From assembly GCA_965644295.1 (NCBI GenBank), contig CBFFRP010000526.1, positions 1 through 38,424 of the forward strand: DNA of 38,424 nucleotides, given 5' to 3'. Positions within the stretch are counted from its first letter, which is position 1. The number at the start of each line of letters is the position of its first letter. Shown here piece after piece: positions 1-12,700 of this stretch. Under the pieces are notes generated by a model. That model saw only the letters and a program-made list of their open reading frames with translations. It was not told the origin of the DNA and did not search any database. A program made the position numbers and the translations under genes. The stretch is from Paraphysomonas bandaiensis. Taxonomy: Eukaryota > Protista > Chrysophyceae.

Positions 1-87
1 AGTTTTGCTGTTTGTGAGCAATTAAAAGCTGTAGTTTCCAAGATATTAGAATTATATCCGTTACTCAAAGAATACAGTAGTAGCTAG
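1..87 (+). CDS. Possible 3' end of an upstream gene
   Basis: Frame 1 is open from the window edge: SFAVCEQLKAVVSKILELYPLLKEYSSS*, followed by AT-rich sequence. Too short to be sure. Confidence 0.25.
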   Translation, partial: SFAVCEQLKAVVSKILELYPLLKEYSSS

Positions 88-699
88 CTGTAGTATGAGA
101 ACCAATAATATGATAGCCATTGTAGTGATAAAACTGAAATATACTGACTGTACAAGATAGTGACGATGTAAGATCGTACTAGAAATGGATTAGTGTAGTA
201 GAGATAGAAAGAGTTGGTGAACGTCAATGAATGAAGTATGGTATCTCTTATAATTATATAATATTCCATATAAGTGTTAACAAAGGTCTTATTACTAAAA
301 ATGTCTATTTCTAACATGGTAGCAGACAGTAGTTCCAAGGTGGAAACTTCTTCTAATTGATCAGTTCGGTGTAGTGAATTGGTCAAGGTCTGAAAGTGTG
401 GTTGATGAGGAAGAACGGGAACCATCTGGGTCTAGAGGACCGTCCATTAAGACCCAGCAAATAATGCGCCAGTGACAGTCGAAATAAGATACCCCTTTAA
501 GGAGGAGTCTGGACACACACGCGGCTGGAGAGGAGATTGTCACGTGCATCAGTTCGATATTTGGCGCTGTTCTACCAGTCGCTGCATGACTACTTGTCGA
601 GCGTGGATCGGTGCTTCCGGGGAAAAGGATGTGCTCCTGGGTCATCCTGATCAAGAGCGGTTAGCAGAGGTGGGAACGCATCTCTAGGTACAAGTTGTT

Positions 700-1584
700 C
701 GGTTTCGAGAAATCAATATGGGTTAGTTGAATTGAATAGAGAAGTTTGCAGGATTCAAGAATTCTACAGGGGGAACTCGTCGTGCGCAGCAATCGATCGA
801 CTAAACGGCATCTGTCAAGAAAAATGTCCGAGTTGGGGGAACCACCCACTGACATCGCTAAAAAAACGAAGTTACGGACTGCCCGGCAGAACGCAAGTAC
901 GCTTGGGCGAGTGTACACCAATCTCTACCTACTGGGTGACATAACCTTTATTGATATGATCACCATGTATGCAGGAGATACGAGTCGAGGCAAGAAGGCG
1001 CACTGGCTGTCCCGAAAGAAGGCACCGACTGAAAGCTAAACATGAATTCCACTGCTGATGAAAATGAGTGTGCAGCTATCCCAAATGTAGCGAAACGGGG
1101 TCCTCCTGAGGAAATCGTGCTGGAAGAAGAAGAGAGACCTTAGAATCGCGAAATTAAGAAGGCGGGGAAAGAGTCGTGGCGCTAGGAATCGATCTGAGGA
1201 GTCCTGCAGAACAACAACGAGAAGAAAAAAATCCAGATGGCTGCTATGTATGTGGAGACACCAGACATCGTGCGTATAAGTGCAATTTCTATTGCTCAAG
1301 TACGTAGTGACTCTGCCCAAAGAACAAAAACCGGCCATTTTTGGACGAAAAGCCTGCAAAACGCACAGATTGGAATCGTTTTTTGCGGAGAGAGGAGCAG
1401 AGAAGATTCGGACTCTGTCGTTCATGATTATGTATGAAGACACGCAGTGATTCATGTGTCTCTGAAGAGGTGCTGCCTACACACTTCCGATGAACCCGTG
1501 TATTTAGACAGCTGTGCACTCTAATAAACTGTTCATTGTTAAGGACAGAGAACTACTTCATACGGTCAAGAAGGAGGATGGAAA
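700..1584 (+). mobile_element. Degenerate LTR retrotransposon (Ty1/Copia-like) gag-protease fragment, truncated by the ankyrin array
   Basis: Perfect CCHC zinc knuckle CYVCGDTRHRAYKC at 1242-1283. Upstream gag-like segment across frames (AIDRLNGICQEK/SELGEPPTDIAKKTKL, ~785-875). Downstream protease-like VYLDSCA[+1]SNKLFIVKD at ~1498-1546 (cf. Copia LDSGAS). Multiple stops and frameshifts; the left boundary is not determinable (possibly ~300). Confidence 0.65.
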
Positions 1585-4500
1585 TAAGAGGGCTCATGTG
1601 ATGTCATTGTTGTTGTTTTATAGGGGGGTCGTACAGCTCTTCACTATGCTGCCTCTGGAGGTCACAGAGATACATGTGAATATCTCATCAGCAAAGGAGC
1701 AGATGTCACTATAAGAAACAATGTAAGTATCCCCCCTATACATGCATATACAGTGATATACATACATATACAGTGCTAAGAGGGCTCATGTGATGTCATT
1801 GTTATTGTTTTATAGGATGGTTCTACAGCTCTTCACTGGGCTGCCTCTGGAGGTCACAGAGATACATGTGAATATCTCATCAGCAAAGGAGCAGATGTCA
1901 CTATAAGAAACAATGTAAGTAACCCCCCTATACATACATATACAGTGATATACATACATATACAGTGATATACAGTGATATACATGCATATACAGTGCTA
2001 AGAGGGCTCATGTGATGTCATTGTTGTTGGTTTATAGAGGGGTTCTACAGCTCTTCACTTGGCTGCTCGTAAAGGTCACAGAGATACATGTGAATATCTC
2101 ATCAGCAAAGGAGCAGATATCACTATAAGAGACACTGTAAGTAACCCCCCTATACATACATATACAGTGATATACATGCATATACAGTGATATACATACA
2201 TATACAGTGATATACATACATATACAGTGAAATACATACATATACAGTGATATACATACATATACAGTGATATACATGCATATACAGTGATATACATACA
2301 TATACAGTGATATACATACATATGCAGTGATATACATACATATACAGTGATATACATACATATACAGTGATATACATACATATACAGTGATATACATACA
2401 TATACAGTGATATACATACATATACAGTGCGAAGAGGGCTCATGTGATGTTATTGTTGTTGTTTTATAGGATGGTTGGACAGCTCTTCACAAGGCTGCCT
2501 CTGGAAGTCACAGAGATACATGTGAATATCTCATCAGCAAAGGAGCAGATGTCACTATAAGAAACAATGTAAGTAACCCCCCTATACATACATATACAGT
2601 GATATACATACATACATACATATACAGTGATATACATGCATATACAGTTCTAAGAGGGCTCATGTGATGTCATTGTTGTTGGTTTATAGAGGGGTTCTAC
2701 AGCTCTTCACTTGGCTGCTCGTAAAGGTCACAGAGATACATGTGAATATCTCATCAGGGAAGGAGCAGATGTCACTATAAGAAACGATGTAAGTAACCCC
2801 CCTATACATACATATACAGTGATATACATGCATATTCAGTGATATACATACATATACAGTGATATACATACATATACAGTGATATACATACATATACAGT
2901 GATATACATACATATACAGTGCTAAGAGGGCTCATGTGATGTTATTGTTGTTGTTTTATAGGGGGGTTCTACAGCTCTTCACTTGGCTGCCTCTGGAGGT
3001 CACAGAGATATATGTGAATATCTCATCAGGGAAGGAGCAGATGTCACTATAAGAAACGATGTAAGTAACCCCCCTATACATACATATACAGTGATATACA
3101 TGCATATACAGTGATATACATACATATACAGTGATATACATACATATACAGTGATATACATACATATACAGTGATATACATACATATACAGTGCTATGAG
3201 GGCTCATGTGATGTTATTGTTATTGTTTTATAGGATGGTTTTACAGCTCTTCACGAGGCTGCCTCTGAAGGTCACAGAGATACATGTGAATATCTCATCA
3301 GGGAAGGAGCAGATATCACTATAAGAAACGATGTAAGTAACCCCCCTATACATATACAGTGATATACATACATATACAGTGCTAGAGGGCTCATGTGATG
3401 TTATTGTTGTTGTTTTATAGGGGGGTCGTACAGCTCTTCACTATGCTGCCTCTGGAGGTCACAGAGATACATGTGAATATCTCATCAGCAAAGGAGCAGA
3501 TATCACTATAAGAAACAATGTAAGTAACCCCCCTATACATGCATATACAGTGATATACATACATATACAGTGCTAAGAGGGCTCATGTGATGTCATTGTT
3601 ATTGTTTTATAGGATGGTTCTACAGCTCTTCACTGGGCTGCCTCTGGAGGTCACAGAGATACATGTGAATATCTCATCAGCAAAGGAGCAGATGTCACTA
3701 TAAGAAACAATGTAAGTAACCCCCCTATACATACATATACAGTGATATACATACATATACAGTGATATACATACATATACAGTGATATACATGCATATAC
3801 AGTGCTAAGAGGGCTCATGTGATGTCATTGTTATTGGTTTATAGAGGGGTTCTACAGCTCTTCACTTGGCTGCTCGTAAAGGTCACAGAGATACATGTGA
3901 ATATCTCATCAGCAAAGGAGCAGATATCACTATAGGAGGCAGAGTAAGTAACCCCCCTATACATACATATACTGTGATATACATGCATATACAGTGATAT
4001 ACATACATATACAGTGATATACATACATATACAGTGATATACATACATATACAGTGATATACATACATATACAGTGATATACATGCATATACAGTGATAT
4101 ACATACATATACAGTGATATACATACATATACAGTGATATACATACATATACAGTGATATACATACATATACAGTGATATACATACATAATCAGTGATAT
4201 ACATACATATACAGTGCTAAGAGGGCTCATGTGATGTTATTGTTGTTGTTTTATAGGATGGTTGGACAGCTCTTCACAAGGCTGCCTCTGGAGGTCACAG
4301 AGATACATGTGAATATCTCATCAGCAAAGGAGCAGATGTCACTATAAGAAACAATGTAAGTAACCCCCCTATACATACATATACAGTGATATACATGCAT
4401 ATACAGTTCTAAGAGGGCTCATGTGATGTCATTGTTGTTGGTTTATAGAGGGGTTCTACAGCTCTTCACTTGGCTGCTCGTAAAGGTCACAGAGATACAT

Positions 4501-7500
4501 GTGAATATCTCATCAGCAAAGGAGCAGATATCACTATAAGAGACACTGTAAGTAACCCCCCTATACATACATATACAGTGATATACATGCATATACAGTG
4601 ATATACATACATATACAGTGATATACATACATATACAGTGATATACATACATATACAGTTATATACATACATATACAGTGATATACATGCATATACAGTG
4701 ATATACATACATATACAGTGATATACATACATATACAGTGATATACATACATATACAGTGATATACATACATATACAGTGATATACATACATATACAGTG
4801 ATATACATACATATACAGTGCTAAGAGGGCTCATGTGATGTTATTGTTGTTGTTTTATAGGATGGTTGGACAGCTCTTCACAAGGCTGCCTCTGGAGGTC
4901 ACAGAGATACATGTGAATATCTCATCAGCAAAGGAGCAGATGTCACTATAAGAAACAATGTAAGTAACCCCCCTATACATACATATACAGTGATGTACAT
5001 ACATACATACATATACAGTGATATACATGCATATACAGTGCTAAGAGGGCTCATGTGATGTCATTGTTGTTGGTTTATAGAGGGGTTCTACAGCTCTTCA
5101 CTTGGCTGCCTCTGGAGGTCACAGAGATACATGTGAATATCTCATAAGGGAAGGAGCAGATATCACTATAGGAGGCAGAGTAAGTAACCCCCCTATACAT
5201 GCATATACAGTGATATACATGCATATATACATGCATATACATACATATACAGTGTTATACATACATACACAGTGATGTACATACATATACAGTGATATAC
5301 ATACATATACAGTGATATACATACATATACAGTGATATACATACATATACAGTGATATACATACATATACAGTGCTAAGAGGGCTCATGTGATGTCATTG
5401 TTATTGTTTTATAGGATGGTTGGACAGCTCTTCACTATGCTGCTCGTAAAGGTCACAGAGATACATGTGAATATCTCATCAGCGAAGGAGCAGATATCAC
5501 TATAAGAGACACTGTAAGTAACCCCCCTATACATACATATACAGTGATATACATACATATACAGTGATATACATACATATACAGTGATATACATACATAT
5601 ACAGTGATATACATGCATATACAGTGATATACATACATATACAGTGATATACATACATATACAGTGCTAAGAGGGCTCATGTGATGTTATTGTTGTTGTT
5701 TTATAGGATGGTTCTACAGCTCTTCACGAGGCTGCCTCTGGAGGTCACAGAGATACATGTGAATATCTCATCAGCAAAGGAGCAGATATCACTATAGGAG
5801 GCAGAGTAAGTAACCCCCCTATACATACATATACAGTGATATACATACATATACAGTGATATACATACATATACAGTGATATACATACATATACAGTGCT
5901 AAGAGGGCTCATGTGATGTCATTGTTATTGTTTTATAGGATGGTTGGACAGCTCTTCACTATGCTGCTCGTTATGGTCACAGAGATACATGTGAATATCT
6001 CATCAGCGAAGGAGCAGATATCACTATAAGAGACACTGTAAGTAACCCCCCTATACATACATATACTGTGATATACATGCATATACAGTGATATACATAC
6101 ATATACAGTGATATACATGCATATACAGTGGTATACATACATATACAGTGATATACATACATATACAGTGATATACATACATATACAGTGCTAAGAGGGC
6201 TCATGTGATGTCATTGTTATTGTTTTATAGGATGGTTGGACAGCTCTTCACTATGCTGCTCGTTATGGTCACAGAGATACATGTGAATATCTCATCAGCG
6301 AAGGAGCAGATATCACTATAAGAGACACTGTAAGTAACCCCCCTATACATACATATACAGTGATATACATGCATATACAGTGGTATACATACATATACAG
6401 TGTTATACATACATATACAGTGCTAAGAGGGCTCATGTGATGTTATTGTTGTTGTTTTATAGGATGGTTCTACAGCTCTTCACACGGCTGCCTCTAATGG
6501 TCACAGAGATACATGTGAATATCTCATCAGCGAAGGAGCAGATATCACTATAAGAACCAATGTAAGTAACCCCCCTATACATACATATACATTTATATAC
6601 ATACATATACAGTGATATACATGCATATACAGTGATATACATGCATATACAGTGCTAGAGGGCTCATGTGATGTTATTGTTGTTGTTTTATAGGATGGTT
6701 CTACAGCTCTTCACTATGCTGCCTCTGGAGGTCACAGAGATACATGTGAATATCTCATCAGCGAAGGAGCAGATATCACTATAAGAACCAATGTAAGTAA
6801 CCCCCCTATACATACATATACAGTGATATACATACATATACAGTGCTAAGAGGGCTCATGTGATGTTATTGTTGTTGTTTTATAGGATAGTTCTACAGCT
6901 CTTCACAAGGCTGCCTCTAATGGTCACAGAGATACATGTGAATATCTCATCAGCAAAGGAGCAGATATCACTATAAGAGACACTGTAAGTAACCCCCCTA
7001 TACATACATATACAGTGATATACATGCATATACAGTGATATACATACATATACAGTGATATACATACATATACAGTGATATACATACATATACAGTGATA
7101 TACATACATATACAGTGATATACATGCATATACAGTGATATACATACATATACAGTGATATACATACATATACAGTGATATACATACATATACAGTGATA
7201 TACATACATATACAGTGATATACATGCATATACAGTGATATACATACATATACAATGATATACATACATATACAGTGATTTACATACATATACAGTGATT
7301 TACATACATATACAGTGATATACATACATACATACATATACAGTGATATACATACATATACAGTGATATACATACATATACAGTGATATACATACATATA
7401 CAGTGATATACATACATATACAGTGCTAAGAAGGCTCATGTGATGTCATTGTTGTTGTTTTATAGGATGGTTCTACAGCTCTTCGCAAGGCTGCCTCTAA

Positions 7501-9751
7501 TGGTCACAGAGATACATGTGAATATCTCATCAGCGAAGGAGCAGATATCACTATAGGAGACAATGTAAGTAACCCCCCTATACATGCATATACAGTGATA
7601 TACATACATATACAGTGATATACATACATATACAGTGATATACATGCATATACAGTGATATACATACATATACAGTGCTAAGATATTTTTTATAGGATGG
7701 TTCTACAGCTCTTCACGAGGCTGCCTCTGGAGGTCACAGAGATACATGTGAATATCTCATCAGCGAAGGAGCAGATATCACTATAAGAGACGATGTAAGT
7801 AACCCCCCTATACATACATATACAGTGATATACATACATATACAGTGATATACATACATATACAGTAATATACATACATATACAGTGATATACATGCATA
7901 TACAGTGATATACATACATATACAGTGCTAAGATATTTTTTATAGGATGGTTCTACAGCTCTTCACTATGCTGCCTCTGGAGGTCACAGAGATACATGTG
8001 AATATCTCATCAGCGAAGGAGCAGATATCACTATAAGAAACGATGTAAGTAACCCCCCTATACATACATATACAGTGATATACATACATATACAGTGCTA
8101 AGAGGGCTCATGTGATGTTATTGTTGTTGTTTTATAGGATGGTTCTACAGCTCTTCACAAGGCTGCCTCTAATGGTCACAGAGATACATGTGAATATCTC
8201 ATCAGCGAAGGAGCAGATATCACTATAAGAGACAATGTAAGTAACCCCCCTATACATACATATACAGTGATATACATACATATACAGTGATATACATACA
8301 TATACAGTGATATACATGCATATACAGTGATATACATACATATACAATGATATACATACATATACAGTGATATACATACATATACAGTGATATACATACA
8401 TATACAGTGATATACGTACATATACAGTGATATACATACATATACAGTGCTAAGAGGGCTCATGTGATGTCATTGTTATTGTTTTATAGGATGGTTGGAC
8501 AGCTCTTCACTATGCTGCTCGTAAAGGTCACAGAGATACATGTGAATATCTCATCAGCAAAGGAGCAGATATCACTATAAGAGACACTGTAAGTAACCCC
8601 CCTATACATACATATACAGTGATATACATGCATATACAGTGATATACATGCATATACAGTGATATACATACATATACAGTGATATACATGCATATACAGT
8701 GATATACATACATATACAGTGATATACATACATATACAGTGCTAAGAGGGCTCATGTGATGTTATTGTTGTTGTTTTATAGGATGGTTCTACAGCTCTTC
8801 ACTATGCTGCCTCTAATGGTCACAGAGATACATGTGAATATCTCATCAGCGAAGGAGCAGATATCACTATAGGAGACAATGTAAGTAACCCCCCTATACA
8901 TGCATCTACAGTGATATACATACATATACAGTGATATACATACATATACAGTGCTAAGATATTTTTTATAGGATGGTTCTACAGCTCTTCACGAGGCTGC
9001 CTCTGGAGGTCACAGAGATACATGTGAATATCTCATCAGCGAAGGAGCAGATATCAATATAAGAGACGATGTAAGTAACCCCTCTATACATACATATACA
9101 GTGATATACATACATATACAGTGATATACATACATATACAGTGATATACATACATATACAGTGATATACATGCATATACAGTGATATACATACATATACA
9201 GTGCTAAGATATTTTTTATAGGATGGTTCTACAGCTCTTCACGAGGCTGCCTCTGGAGGTCACAGAGATACATGTGAATATCTCATCAGCGAAGGAGCAG
9301 ATATCAATATAAGAGACGATAAAGTAACCCCTCTATACATACATATACAGTGATATACATACATCTACAGTGATATACATACATATACAGTGATATACAT
9401 GCATATACAGTGATATACATACATATACAGTGCTAAGATATTTTTTATAGGATGGTTCTACAGCTCTTCACGAGGCTGCCTCTGGAGGTCACAGAGATAC
9501 ATGTGAATATCTCATCAGCGAAGGAGCAGATATCACTATAAGAGACGATGTAAGTAACCCCTCTATACATACATATACAGTGATATACATACATATACAG
9601 TGATATACATACATATACAATGATATACATACATATACAGTGATATACATACATATACAGTGATATATACATACATATACAGTACTATACATGCATATAC
9701 AGTGATATACATACATATACAGTGATATACATACATATACAGTGATATACA
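1585..9751 (+). repeat. Left (inverted) arm of ankyrin cassette array: 30 open 99-bp exons without a first exon
   Basis: Same unit on the + strand, from exon 1624-1722 (GGRTALHYAASGGHRDTCEYLISKGADVTIRNN) to exon 9451-9549 (DGSTALHEAASGGHRDTCEYLISEGADITIRDD). Similarity starts abruptly inside an intron at 1585 (taagagggctc). No N-cap exon was found in 1-1584. Confidence 0.95.
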
Positions 9752-12700
9752 GTATCTCTGTGACCTCCAGAGGCAGCCTTGTGAAGAGCTGTAGAACCAT
9801 CCTATAAAACAACAACAATAACATCACATGAGCCCTCTTAGCACTGTATATGCATGTATATCACTGTATATGTATGTATAGGGGGGTTACTTACATTGGT
9901 TCTTATAGTGATATCTGCTCCTTCGCTGATGAGATATTCACATGTATCTCTGTGACCTCCAGAGGCAGCATAGTGAAGAGCTGTAGAACCATCCTATAAA
10001 AAATATCTTAGCACTGTATATGTATGTATATCACTGTATATGCATGTATATCACTGTATATGTATGTATATCACTGTATATGTATGTATATCACTGTATA
10101 TGTATGTATGGAGGGGTTACTTACATCGTCTCTTATAGTGATATCTGCTCCTTCGCTGATGAGATATTCACATGTATCTCTGTGACCTCCAGAGGCAGCC
10201 TCGTGAAGAGCTGTAGAACCATCCTATAAAAAATATCTTAGCACTGTATATGTATGTATATCACTGTATATGTATGTATAGGGGGGTTACTTACAGTGTC
10301 TCTTATAGTGATATCTGCTCCTTTGCTGATGAGATATTCACATGTATCTCTGTGACCTTTACGAGCAGCATAGTGAAGAGCTGTCCAACCATCCTATAAA
10401 ACAATAACAATGACATCACATGAGCCCTCTTAGCACTGTATATGTATGTATATCACTGTATATGTACGTATATCACTGTATATGTATGTATATCACTGTA
10501 TATGTATGTATATCATTGTATATGTATGTATATCACTGTATATGCATGTATATCACTGTATATGTATGTATATCACTGTATATGTATGTATATCACTGTA
10601 TATGTATGTATAGAGGGGTTACTTACATCGTCTCTTATAGTGATATCTGCTCCTTCGCTGATGAGATATTCACATGTATCTCTGTGACCTCCAGAGGCAG
10701 CCTCGTGAAGAGCTGTAGAACCATCCTATAAAAAATATCTTAGCACTGTATATGTATGTATATCACTGTATATGCATGTATATCACTGTATATGTATGTA
10801 TATCACTGTATATGTATGTATAGGGGGGTTACTTACAGTGTCTCTTATAGTGATATCTGCTCCTTTGCTGATGAGATATTCACATGTATCTCTGTGACCT
10901 TTACGAGCAGCATAGTGAAGAGCTGTCCAACCATCCTATAAAACAATAACAATGACATCACATGAGCCCTCTTAGCACTGTATATGTATGTATATCACTG
11001 TATATGTACGTATATCACTGTATATGTATGTATATCACTGTATATGTATGTATATCACTGTATATGTATGTATATCATTGTATATGTATGTATATCACTG
11101 TATATGCATGTATATCACTGTATATGTATGTATATCACTGTATATGTATGTATATCACTGTATATGTATGTATAGAGGGGTTACTTACTTTGTCTCTTAT
11201 AGTGATATCTGCTCCTTCGCTGATGAGATATTCACATGTATCTCTGTGACCATTAGAGGCAGCCTTGTGAAGAGCTGTAGAACCATCCTATAAAACAACA
11301 ACAATAACATCACATGAGCCCTCTTAGCACTGTATATGTATGTATATCACTGTATATGCATGTATATCACTGTATATGTATGTATATCACTGTATATGTA
11401 TGTAAATCACTGTATATGTATGTATATCATTGTATATGTATGTATATCACTGTATATGCATGTATATCACTGTATATGTATGTATATCACTGTATATGTA
11501 TGTATATCACTGTATATGTATGTATAGAGGGGTTACTTACATCGTCTCTTATAGTGATATCTGCTCCTTCGCTGATGAGATATTCACATGTATCTCTGTG
11601 ACCTTTACGAGCAGCATAGTGAAGAGCTGTCCAACCATCCTATAAAACAACAACAATAACATCACATGAGCCCTCTTAGCACTGTATATGTATGTATATC
11701 ACTGTATATGTATGTATAGGGGGGTTACTTACATTGGTTCTTATAGTGATATCTGCTCCTTCGCTGATGAGATATTCACATGTATCTCTGTGACCTCCAG
11801 AGGCAGCCTCGTGAAGAGCTGTAGAACCATCCTATAAAAAATATCTTAGCACTGTATATGTATGTATATCACTGTATATGCATGTATATCACTGTATATG
11901 TATGTATATAAATGTATACGTATGTATATCACTGTATATGTATGTATATCACTGTATATGTATGTATAGAGGGGTTACTTACATCGTCTCTTATAGTGAT
12001 ATCTGCTCCTTCGCTGATGAGATATTCACATGTATCTCTGTGACCATTAGAGGCAGCCTCGTGAAGATCTGTAGAACCATCCTATAAAAAATATCTTAGC
12101 ACTGTATATGTATGTATATCACTGTATATGCATGTATATCACTGTATATGTATGTATATCACTGTATATGTATGTATATCACTGTATATGTATGTATAGG
12201 GGGGTTACTTACTCTGGTTCTTATAGTGATATCTGCTCCTTTGCTTATGAGATATTCACATGTATCTCTGTGACCTCCAGAGACAGCCTTGCGAAGAGCT
12301 GTAGAACCATCCTATAAAACAACAACAACAACATCACATGAGCCCTCTTAGCACTGTATATGTATGTATAGGGGGGTTACTTACATTGGTTCTTATAGTG
12401 ATATCTGCTCCTTCGCTGATGAGATATTCACATGTATCTCTGTGACCATTAGAGGCAGCCTTGTGAAGAGCTGTAGAACCATCCTATAAAACAACAACAA
12501 TAACATCACATGAGCCCTCTTAGCACTGTATATGTATGTATACCACTGTATATGCATGTATATCACTGTATATGTATGTATAGGGGGGTTACTTACATTG
12601 TTTCCTATAGTGATATCTGCTCCTTTGCTTATGAGATATTCACATGTATCTCTGTGACCTCCAGAGGCAGCCTTGCGAAGAGCTGTAGAACCATCCTATA

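Noticed and set aside
1770-1815. V(D)J RSS-like signal: TACAGTG heptamer-like motif before each acceptor
   Set aside because: It lacks the essential CAC start in that orientation, has no ACAAAAACC-like nonamer at 12/23 bp, and the motif is simply part of the minisatellite.
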